From sequence record PV764938.1: 64,000 nucleotides of DNA; one strand, given 5' to 3'. Below are positions 9,004-17,146 of this stretch, one piece after another; within the stretch, counting starts at the first letter, position 1; every line of letters starts with the position of its first letter. Both the position numbers and the translations under genes were made by a program. The notes beneath the pieces were generated by a model. That model made no database searches. It saw nothing but the letters and a program-made list of their open reading frames with translations, and was not told where the DNA came from.

Positions 9004-10221
9004 ATGGTAGACTTTAATTTCACAGTCCGCGCAACTGACGATATTGGTGCTTACACCGAACGCGACTTTTCCATTACCGTTGAAAATACACTAGTCAACC
9101 AGTTCATGGCGACAACGACGGCTGGACATATTTTGACCTCGGTGGATGGATACAATTGGGTACAACAAAACAACGTATATCCGGTAATCAACAACAATGC
9201 GTTTGGTCAAGTAATCAATGCGAATGGTTTCTGGTTAGTTGTTACGGGTCCAACAACTTACATCCGATCTATTGATTCGATTTCTTGGACCCAACATACT
9301 TTCCCGACCAATTACAATTTCGCACTCAATGGTGGTTCCTATTTGCCAACGTCCAAGCATCTGACTTATGGAGACGGTAAGATTGCATGTGTGTTGTTTG
9401 ATACAACCGCTTCAAACCAAGTTGCATTCTTTACAACGACTGATGGCCTATCATGGACACAAGGCGGAAACATTCCGCATCCGACTGGAACAAACCATTG
9501 GGTTTCGATTAGCAATGTAGAATACGGCAATGGTGTTTGGCTTTGCTCTCGTCGGGTGGCCACCGACTACATCAATACAGTCACGGAGATGGGTTATAAG
9601 AGTATTGATGGTGGAGCAACATGGACAGCGATGCCGTTCCCGACAGGAAATCAATCCACACTAGGATATGTCCGATTCACATTCATGAATGGTCTTTGGT
9701 ATGGGGCAGGCTTCAATAATGGTTACCTCTTGAGTAACGATTCAACAAACTGGTCCTATTATCCATATCCGACAACAAACTCATCAACTATGTTGTTCGT
9801 GAATGTAACTTATGCGAACGGAAAAATCTTCTGCTTCTCCGAATCCAGGGCAGTTATAACACTGGCCAATAACGGCGGTGACTGGCTAGCAACGTGGCAA
9901 AGCGTGGATGGTTTGACATGGTCCAAGGTTACTATGAGCTTTGCGGAAAATTCAGGAATATATTTCTCAAACTCCGCTCCCACTACTACATCGTACACCA
10001 GTTATACCACGAGTACAACAGGATCATCGCAAGCTTACAACTACCTGGCGTCGATCTTTCATAATGGTCTGTATGTGATGACCGCTAGAATTTCACCGGG
10101 ATCCGCAAATTTCAATAACGTTCTGGTAAGTGCAGACGGCGTAACTTGGCAACGAACTAATGTTGCAGCAAATTTGGGTATCACGGGAGTGGCAGCACTC
10201 CGATTGGATGACACAGTTTGA
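9004..10221 (+). CDS. Asp-box beta-propeller protein (paralog of 7776-8993)
   Basis: AAGGAG RBS before ATG 9004; seven Asp-box-like repeats; N-terminal FNFTVRATD...ERDFSITV. Confidence 0.7.
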   Translation: MVDFNFTVRATDDIGAYTERDFSITVENTLVNQFMATTTAGHILTSVDGYNWVQQNNVYPVINNNAFGQVINANGFWLVVTGPTTYIRSIDSISWTQHTFPTNYNFALNGGSYLPTSKHLTYGDGKIACVLFDTTASNQVAFFTTTDGLSWTQGGNIPHPTGTNHWVSISNVEYGNGVWLCSRRVATDYINTVTEMGYKSIDGGATWTAMPFPTGNQSTLGYVRFTFMNGLWYGAGFNNGYLLSNDSTNWSYYPYPTTNSSTMLFVNVTYANGKIFCFSESRAVITLANNGGDWLATWQSVDGLTWSKVTMSFAENSGIYFSNSAPTTTSYTSYTTSTTGSSQAYNYLASIFHNGLYVMTARISPGSANFNNVLVSADGVTWQRTNVAANLGITGVAALRLDDTV

Positions 10222-10226
10222 GGTAG

Positions 10227-10252
10227 AAAAAGCGGGCAACGCCCGCTTTTTT
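10227..10252. terminator. Bidirectional intrinsic terminator
   Basis: AAAAAGCGGGC-AAC-GCCCGCTTTTTT between convergent genes. Confidence 0.85.
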
Positions 10253-10267
10253 GTTTCTGTTGTCGGA

Positions 10268-10735
10268 TTACGCCGAGAGGATGAGATCCTGGTACTTGTC
10301 AGCGAACTGCTCGAAGCTCGGGGTGTTCAATACATCCAACTTAATCCGGCGCTTGGAGAGAAGATCGCGGAGTACAGCAACCACAACACCTGCTTCCGGC
10401 AACGTCGGCGGAACATCGCGCCAGTCTGCCTTCAGTTCCTTGTTGTTGAAGATTTCGCCAACCGCATCACGAGCAACTTCATATTCTGCATCACCCTTCT
10501 TGGGGCAAGTGAAGTTTTCGAGCATGTAGGAGATAATCTCTTCGAAGCTTACGACCTTACCGTCGTAATTTTCAACAATCGCACTGTGCAGACGAATGAC
10601 GTGCTTGATCTTGTCTGCATAAGTCTGCTTGAGAACCGCAGCAACAGCCGGCGAAGTAGCCGCAGCAACAATCGTTGCGCCAGCAAGTGCGCGACGGAGA
10701 AAGTTACGACGGGAAATGTTGCCGATGTTGCTCAT
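10268..10735 (-). CDS. Protein with twin-arginine (Tat) signal peptide
   Basis: MSNIGNISRRNFLRRALAGATIVAAATSPAVAA: SRRxFL motif, hydrophobic h-region, AxA cleavage site; GGAG RBS. Confidence 0.7.
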   Translation of the reverse strand: MSNIGNISRRNFLRRALAGATIVAAATSPAVAAVLKQTYADKIKHVIRLHSAIVENYDGKVVSFEEIISYMLENFTCPKKGDAEYEVARDAVGEIFNNKELKADWRDVPPTLPEAGVVVAVLRDLLSKRRIKLDVLNTPSFEQFADKYQDLILSA

Positions 10736-10868
10736 TGTATGCTCCGATTTGTGTTTGCGCTTTCCTGCGCTTCCGTATTTTGATAATAACAGAAACAGGA
10801 ATAGGCGCAACCAGAATCTTCCTGAATTTCAATTCAGGAAGACACATAGTTAACGAGCAGTTAATGAA

Positions 10869-11209
10869 TTAGAGTTGGATCATATCCAACAGTTCGGTGT
10901 AGGCTTCCAGCGTATAGTCGGCCATTGTATTGGATGCCCGCGAGCTGCTAGACGGACGGTGACGGGCACGGCTAATGACGTCGTTGAGTACGAACTTGTG
11001 GAGATTGGGTTCGTTGCGATCGTGTCGGCAGCGCCCTCGATGGACCCCACGTAATGCCGGAAGACGCGCAAACGGGCGGCAGCCTTCATTGCTTCATCGC
11101 CCCACTCGAAAGCGTAGGTCGGATCGTTGCCGAGCTTTTCGCGAAACTTTTCGATGACTTCCTGATCCATTTCGATCCGGCTTTTCATCTGACGGAGCAA
11201 GCGTTCCAT
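10869..11209 (-). pseudogene. Small hypothetical gene with an apparent 1-nt frameshift near 11007-11009
   Basis: After DTIATNP, shifting to the -1 frame gives NLHKFVLNDVISRARHRPSSSSRASNTMADYTLEAYTELLDMIQL-stop, with phage-like codons. Confidence 0.55.
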
Positions 11210-11332
11210 TTTCGATCTCCTTTGCCTCACTTAGAATAACAGCCCCACGTACCAGCTTCTTTCACCGACTCTCACGGTCTTTGGTCGCTTGGGTTTTATA
11301 CCGGACTTACCGAGCGGGCTGTTATCGTAAGT

Positions 11333-11356
11333 GAGGGGCCGAAGCCCCTACTTTTT
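11333..11356. terminator. Hairpin, probable terminator
   Basis: AGGGGC-CGAA-GCCCCT-ACTTTTT (CUUCGG loop on minus strand). Confidence 0.6.
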
Positions 11357-11717
11357 AGTGCTTGGTGTTGACCTTGCCCTTGGCCAGATCCGAGTAGTAA
11401 AAGCTGACCAGATCCTGCTTCAGCGTGGGGCAAAACGTTGCGCGAACCGCTTCGTTCTGCACCGACATGTAAATGTCGCCACCGTCACGACGTGCGCCGG
11501 TCTTTTCGGACCACTTCTGCATTGCAGCTTCGCGACCAGCGCGGCCCGGCATCGTCTTGAACTTGAGCTTGCCGTTGCGGCGACCCCAGAAAGTAACCAG
11601 CGTGTTTTCGATCATTGCCACGCCCCAGACCTTGTCGTTCTGTGCAGCACCGCCAGCGTTACCACGTGCGCCTTCATTGTAGTATGCGCCGAACTTTTCA
11701 ACAACTACGTTAGCCAT
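11355..11717 (-). CDS. Stand-alone WGR-domain-like protein
   Basis: NDKVWGV...LVTFWGRRNGKLKFK...AAMQKWSEK pattern. Confidence 0.5.
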   Translation of the reverse strand: MANVVVEKFGAYYNEGARGNAGGAAQNDKVWGVAMIENTLVTFWGRRNGKLKFKTMPGRAGREAAMQKWSEKTGARRDGGDIYMSVQNEAVRATFCPTLKQDLVSFYYSDLAKGKVNTKH

Positions 11718-11766
11718 GTGCGTGCTCCGATCTTTTGCGCTACGTTGTGTGCGCTTCCATGTTCTT

Positions 11767-11798
11767 AATGTAACATAGGAACAGGAATAGTCAACCAG
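11767..11798 (-). promoter_or_regulatory. Sigma70-type early promoter
   Basis: CTGG-TTGACT-N16-TACATT on minus strand. Confidence 0.7.
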
Positions 11799-11829
11799 AG
11801 TTGAGCAATCTTTTTCTGAATTTTTGAAA

Positions 11830-12555
11830 TTAAATTCCGTACTCGATGGAACCCCGGAAATGCCGGTTACTGAATCGACGGTAGGTTGAAACGCTGCCGT
11901 ATTTCAGGAGTGCCTCAACATGTTCGGGTGATTCCCGTAGGATCTTATTGAGGGTTTCATTAGCCTTCATCGGATCACGGAACTGCCAACGCGGGCTGAA
12001 CCATCCAATCTTAGCGACTTCCAATTCCTTACCGAACGCTTTTACCAGCATCTCGTTCATGCTGATTTCATCCCGTGTGAGGGGACGATTCTTTGCCGAT
12101 GGATTGGCCAAGAACGTATTGAAATGGGATTCTGCTTCGTGACGAGCTTGTCGACCTGTAATCTGTGCCTGTTTGAACTCAGTCTCTTCCATTTCTTGTC
12201 GTTCGAGCATCCGATTGTACTCATCGATTGCAGCTTGCTTCCGAGCTTCAAAGAAACGACGCATCTTACCCTTACTATCACTTACCGCGTCAGCATGAGC
12301 GAGCTTCTGTAGGATGAAGAAATTGCGGAAGTTGTCCTTGATCGTAGAATCGACCTCTCCAGTTTCCTGACGTGCCTTTTCGATTTCCTGGATTACGAAG
12401 AACGCATCCTCGGTCGGAATGGTCGGGCAGAGGCGAGAAAAGAACAGCGCAACGTTATAGACGGACTCATCCATCTTGCTCAGATACTCGTGCGTGTCGT
12501 CGATTTTTGCGGTCTTTGGTGTACCGAATTTATCGAAGTATTTTGCGAGTGCCAT
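11830..12555 (-). CDS. Hypothetical protein (coiled-coil rich)
   Basis: 241-aa ORF in a coupled leftward operon. Confidence 0.65.
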   Translation of the reverse strand: MALAKYFDKFGTPKTAKIDDTHEYLSKMDESVYNVALFFSRLCPTIPTEDAFFVIQEIEKARQETGEVDSTIKDNFRNFFILQKLAHADAVSDSKGKMRRFFEARKQAAIDEYNRMLERQEMEETEFKQAQITGRQARHEAESHFNTFLANPSAKNRPLTRDEISMNEMLVKAFGKELEVAKIGWFSPRWQFRDPMKANETLNKILRESPEHVEALLKYGSVSTYRRFSNRHFRGSIEYGI

Positions 12556-13205
12556 TATCTTTTGATCCCTGCGATAGCTTCACGCGCTTCTGCGGCTTTT
12601 GCTTTATCAGTGAATTCGTAGGTTGGGACGATCCAACCCTTCTTCACAAGTTTCACACCATATGTGCGTTGGAGTTCACCGACGTAGATGGCATCGTCTT
12701 CGATGTTGTCGACGGTGCCACTGTTGACTTTGTCCATGAAGGTGAGAAGCTCATCCTTGAACCGCAAAGCCGGTGGGATAACCGTGGGTATCATAATGCC
12801 CTGATTTGGTCTGGACACGGGTTTGTTCTTGATGGGTTCTTCGACAACTTCGATGACGTTGCGATTGTGGCCTTGAGCTTGCATTCGCTGCTCGTATTCC
12901 CACTGCGCCATGAGCTTTTTCTTTTCAAGCTCATGCTTGTATTCGTGCTTGGCACGAATCATGATCTTTTTCTCGAACGCCTGCGCCTGATCCGAATATG
13001 TGAGTTTCACATAGGTGAGCAGTCGGTTGACCATGTCTTGAACTGCCGTATCATCAGCAGCGTTTGTCAGTGCATTGACGAGGTAGGTCGCCTCAAATGG
13101 GCTGACCTTCCCCGAGAGTTCTGAGATGACCAGACCAAGTCCATACTCATCGGTAAAATCATCATTGAGGATTTGTCTGATGTACGGACTTAGTGGATCG
13201 TTCAC
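12555..13205 (-). CDS. Hypothetical protein (coiled-coil rich)
   Basis: 216-aa ORF overlapping both neighbours. Confidence 0.65.
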   Translation of the reverse strand: MNDPLSPYIRQILNDDFTDEYGLGLVISELSGKVSPFEATYLVNALTNAADDTAVQDMVNRLLTYVKLTYSDQAQAFEKKIMIRAKHEYKHELEKKKLMAQWEYEQRMQAQGHNRNVIEVVEEPIKNKPVSRPNQGIMIPTVIPPALRFKDELLTFMDKVNSGTVDNIEDDAIYVGELQRTYGVKLVKKGWIVPTYEFTDKAKAAEAREAIAGIKR

Positions 13206-13819
13206 CCAAATATCTCCTTGCGTAGCGTTGCCACGTCAATATAATCTTTGGTGCTCAGAGTCAAGCGTGCTTTGAAGGCTTGGTCACGATTGTGGAAGCC
13301 AAACATACCACGGAACTCACGGAAGGTGCGAGTCTTAATGTCGAGCAAGCGAAGCTGCGCCCGCGCTTCCTTGACTGTCTCCGACGTCGATACGCCCTTG
13401 GTCATGTCCAACTGCACGACGTATTCGATTTTGTCCGCGTAACCCTTCTTCGTTGCATTGTTCCAGAACTCACCGAAGTGGTAGGAACGATCGCGGATCT
13501 TCTTGGTCAAGAATACGTTCTTGACGTGAGTTGCCAGGCTGATAATACCGGCGTCCTTGTGGATAACTTCGGTCTTGACGATTTCGAGATCGTAGGGGAA
13601 AAGTTTGTCCATAGCCTCTTGCGTAAGCACCGAAGTATCATCGCCATAGAGCCGGCGGCTGATCTGATTGCTTACGAAGTATTCTAGACTATTGCGAGCA
13701 GTTGCTTCCGACTTGAACTCTTTGCCGCAGGATCCGAAACTTGACCAACCCTGGAAGTACGTGCCATTCTTTTTGTTTCTTATCTTGTATACGTAATGTG
13801 AAGTCGAAGTGGTCGACAT
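13202..13819 (-). CDS. Hypothetical protein, dispersed paralog family
   Basis: YVYKIRNKKNGTYF N-terminus; FGFHNRDQAFKARL C-terminus. Confidence 0.65.
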   Translation of the reverse strand: MSTTSTSHYVYKIRNKKNGTYFQGWSSFGSCGKEFKSEATARNSLEYFVSNQISRRLYGDDTSVLTQEAMDKLFPYDLEIVKTEVIHKDAGIISLATHVKNVFLTKKIRDRSYHFGEFWNNATKKGYADKIEYVVQLDMTKGVSTSETVKEARAQLRLLDIKTRTFREFRGMFGFHNRDQAFKARLTLSTKDYIDVATLRKEIFG

Positions 13820-13898
13820 TTGCTGCTCTCCGTTTGTTCGATCGTCTTTTGGAAGAGCACAAACCGAACCTAACAGAACAGCAAATCGAATTGCAATA

Positions 13899-14321
13899 TT
13901 ATTTCGTTAACTTTGCGAACGTGTAATAGGCCTTGGCCATACCGAGGGAACCAGCGAACTGGAAGTCCTGGAGGTCGACGATGACCTTCTCACGGACGCG
14001 GAGACTTTTGTGGACGCTATCGTCGTCGTAGAGCGTTGTGAGAACGCACACCGTAGATATAATAAACGACGGAGAAAAGATTTCCATGAAGCAAGCTTCG
14101 CGGTTTGCTTCGATGAATTGACTCACGCGGGAGAGCTGCTTAGCGTAGCGTTCGTTAGAACCCGTAAGCATTGCAACTTCAACATTGCCGACCATGTAAT
14201 GGGTGAAACCGTAACGCCAATTTCCCTTTGCAGCTTCCTCACGGCGTGAAGCAAAGATACCCTCGTCAACGAAGAAATGTTCGCGTAGGAACTTCTCCGT
14301 GACTTGTTTCAGTTCATCCAT
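13899..14321 (-). CDS. Hypothetical protein
   Basis: AGGGAG RBS before MDELKQ. Confidence 0.6.
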   Translation of the reverse strand: MDELKQVTEKFLREHFFVDEGIFASRREEAAKGNWRYGFTHYMVGNVEVAMLTGSNERYAKQLSRVSQFIEANREACFMEIFSPSFIISTVCVLTTLYDDDSVHKSLRVREKVIVDLQDFQFAGSLGMAKAYYTFAKLTK

Positions 14322-14341
14322 TTCGATCTCCCTACGCAATA

Positions 14342-15280
14342 TCACCTACCCACACATGGACTGTAGTTGTAGATTGTATCATAGCCATCCGCACCACTAT
14401 AATACATTTCCTGCAGATGTCGAATAGCTTCTTCGCGTGCTTCGTACTTGTATTCTTCCTCAAGTTCATCGACACGGCGATAGTAGAGATCCATGGCATT
14501 GTCACAAATAACTTCGCCATCTTCATCAAACAGTGGCAGAAACTCTTCAGCATCAAGCTCTACAATGCGTTCATCCACTTTGAAAGTCTCATAGATCTTA
14601 TCGGCATTTTCGTTAAGTTGGTCTTCGATCCAACAGACATGCTTAGATCTCAAGTCATCGATAACGCTGACCTTGGTGCTGAGTTGGAAACCTTTGAACT
14701 TCTCAAACGCTTCCTCCCAATCCGTATATTCGGGTTCAGTTAGGCATTCCTCTGCAAGGATATCGCAGACGAATTTGTCCCATACTGTTGGAACACCATC
14801 CTCGTAACGTCGAATGGAAGCCTCCACTAGATCATCCATGTAGAAGCTGAGGTCCTGCGCCTTTTTCATGCAGTGCAGGTTATAATGTTTGATGTCCGTA
14901 GCATATCGTGCCTCGGCACGTTGGGTATCGTCCTGATACTTTTCCTTGGCTTTGTTGTACTGTGACAAGTCCTTATTGATGATCTCGAGAGTACGATCCT
15001 CACCATCCAGCGTGAGCTTCACACACATGAGAAGCTCTTTCAACTTCTGCACGATTAGCGGATTATCCGAAACCATGGCAACTTCCAGATAATATCGCAG
15101 CAATGGCTGGGGAATCTGGAACTCTTCGGCACGACGGTCCGGATCAATGTGGACTCCGCGTCGTGGAAAAGGAGGCGCAACGAACGTATCTTTACGAGGT
15201 TGCGCTACCCGTTGATATGTCTGATAGTCTTCGTAGTCTTTGTGGATCTTATCAATACGCTTTGAATCTATCATAGCCAT
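14342..15280 (-). CDS. Hypothetical protein, tandem paralog A
   Basis: Shares YLEx3SDxP...KLxLD and GxDGYDxIY with 15252-16376. Confidence 0.65.
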   Translation of the reverse strand: MAMIDSKRIDKIHKDYEDYQTYQRVAQPRKDTFVAPPFPRRGVHIDPDRRAEEFQIPQPLLRYYLEVAMVSDNPLIVQKLKELLMCVKLTLDGEDRTLEIINKDLSQYNKAKEKYQDDTQRAEARYATDIKHYNLHCMKKAQDLSFYMDDLVEASIRRYEDGVPTVWDKFVCDILAEECLTEPEYTDWEEAFEKFKGFQLSTKVSVIDDLRSKHVCWIEDQLNENADKIYETFKVDERIVELDAEEFLPLFDEDGEVICDNAMDLYYRRVDELEEEYKYEAREEAIRHLQEMYYSGADGYDTIYNYSPCVGR

Positions 15281-16376
15281 AGGAATCAGGCTCGTCTTTT
15301 TCTTCTTGTGGCGTGTCGTAGATAATGTCGTAGCCATCGTGCCCTGCACGCGCACGCTCACGAATTATCTCATCCGCCCGTTGCCTTACTCGATCATCAA
15401 GCTTTGAAATGGCAAAGTGCATTTCATCCATGTGGTCTCGGAACGATTTGTTCAGACCATAGGAGTTTCCATAGGAATCATAACGCTCGTAACTCTCATA
15501 TGGGTTATCATAGTCATCGTAGGTCGTCACATAGATCCAGGTACCGTCAGGGGATTTGATCCTTTTCATTCCGGTTTTGGACCGGAAATAATTGTACTGG
15601 TCGTACTTCTGTCTGAGGTATTTGAGATCCGACTTATATTCGCGAGTTTGCTGGAGCTCAGCAATCAACGTGCGACGTTCGGAATCGATGAATGCACGGT
15701 GCGCCGCTTCGATCGCTTTGTTAGTCTTCTCTGCGAAACGGTGCAATTGGATGAAGCTATCCCAGTTCTCGGACTTCATCGGCGAAAGGTCGATTCGCTT
15801 CAGTTTCTTCTTGCCACCGAGATTCAGCCTCACGCATTCCTTTGTGTCTCGTGAATCCAAAACATCGTAGACGATCTTGTACCAGACATTACTTGTGCCG
15901 TTGATGGTGGCCTCAAGCGTCTCCACGTAGTCGTCCCACCAGGAGGTGGTTTGCCTACGCGCTGCTTCGATCTGATCCTTACGGATGGCAACAGCAGTAT
16001 CGTAGCGTTTCTGCTCGAAATCATTATGCTTGGTGATCTCGGTGTTGTCGGCGTCAATCTGACGGATCGTTTCGAAGGCCGTTTCAAGCCGTTCGTTATC
16101 AGCGTCCAACGCAAGCTTGCCCAACATATAGATCTTTTTGAGCTCTGCACGGAGCATGGGATGGTCGGACTCGATGATCGCCTCAAGATACGCCTTGATG
16201 ATCGAGGGATGATCACCGATACCAAATTCGTCTTTGATTTCGTGATACGCATTGGACACTTCTGGATACTCGTAGAGCATTCGGATTCTGGGATCATCCG
16301 GCTCACGCGAGTTCTTCAATGCCATGTAGGCGGAAAGAATGTTCCCGCCCTGCTCAATATCACGCTTCGTAACCAT
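15252..16376 (-). CDS. Hypothetical protein, tandem paralog B
   Basis: Same shared motifs; GAGGA RBS; sigma70-like TTGACA-N16-TAGTTT upstream. Confidence 0.65.
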   Translation of the reverse strand: MVTKRDIEQGGNILSAYMALKNSREPDDPRIRMLYEYPEVSNAYHEIKDEFGIGDHPSIIKAYLEAIIESDHPMLRAELKKIYMLGKLALDADNERLETAFETIRQIDADNTEITKHNDFEQKRYDTAVAIRKDQIEAARRQTTSWWDDYVETLEATINGTSNVWYKIVYDVLDSRDTKECVRLNLGGKKKLKRIDLSPMKSENWDSFIQLHRFAEKTNKAIEAAHRAFIDSERRTLIAELQQTREYKSDLKYLRQKYDQYNYFRSKTGMKRIKSPDGTWIYVTTYDDYDNPYESYERYDSYGNSYGLNKSFRDHMDEMHFAISKLDDRVRQRADEIIRERARAGHDGYDIIYDTPQEEKDEPDSYGYDRFKAY

Positions 16377-16474
16377 ACGTGTCCTCATTAGGTGTCATTC
16401 CTAAACTACAGGACCTAAGTTTTTTGTCAACCACATTGGCTAATAAATACAGATGCTAAACCAAGGAGTTTATA

Positions 16475-17077
16475 ATGGCTGTTCAAGTTCAATACCGTTA
16501 CGGTACCACTGCGCAACACGCGACATTCACTGGCGGTCCGCAGGAAATTTCCGTCGATACGACTAAGAACACTCTTGTCGTTCATGATAACACAACGGCA
16601 GGCGGCCACCCCTTGGCCAGAGAAAACCTGTCTAACGTTCCAACCCTCGTAGGTGCAACAGCAAGCGTTGCTGGTACTTCGGGTAAGATTCCAGTCCCTC
16701 AGGCCGGTGATCAGGCAAAGTATTTGAGTGGTGCAGGTACATGGACTGCTTTGCCCTCGTACATCGTTGAAATTCAAGCCTACAGCACAACAGCGGTCAC
16801 ACTGGCGCTAACTGATGCTGAAAAGTACCTCCGTTTCACCAACGCAAGCGCAAAGACACTGACAATTCCGACGAACGCAACAGTGGCATTTCCAATCGGT
16901 ACTACAATCAGTGGTATTTCCACAACGACTGGACAGCTCACAGTTGCTGGTGCATCCGGTGTTACAGTCAATACTCCTGAAACCCTACGTTTGCGTCCGA
17001 AAGCATTCGTAAGCTTTGTTCTGACCAAAGTCGCAACAGACACTTGGGACCTTGCAGGCGACCTAGAGCAAGTATAA
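16475..17077 (+). CDS. Short tail-fibre-like protein (Mtd-N-like anchor plus C-terminal beta domain)
   Basis: RYGTTAQHATFTGGPQEISVDTTKNTLVVHD...GGHPL anchor; TAAATA at 16444-16449. Confidence 0.7.
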   Translation: MAVQVQYRYGTTAQHATFTGGPQEISVDTTKNTLVVHDNTTAGGHPLARENLSNVPTLVGATASVAGTSGKIPVPQAGDQAKYLSGAGTWTALPSYIVEIQAYSTTAVTLALTDAEKYLRFTNASAKTLTIPTNATVAFPIGTTISGISTTTGQLTVAGASGVTVNTPETLRLRPKAFVSFVLTKVATDTWDLAGDLEQV

Positions 17078-17146
17078 TGGATAACAGCTAGTTCCTAAAC
17101 CGTGTGACTGCCAATAAATAGCAGTACACGGTTTTAGGAGACGTCC

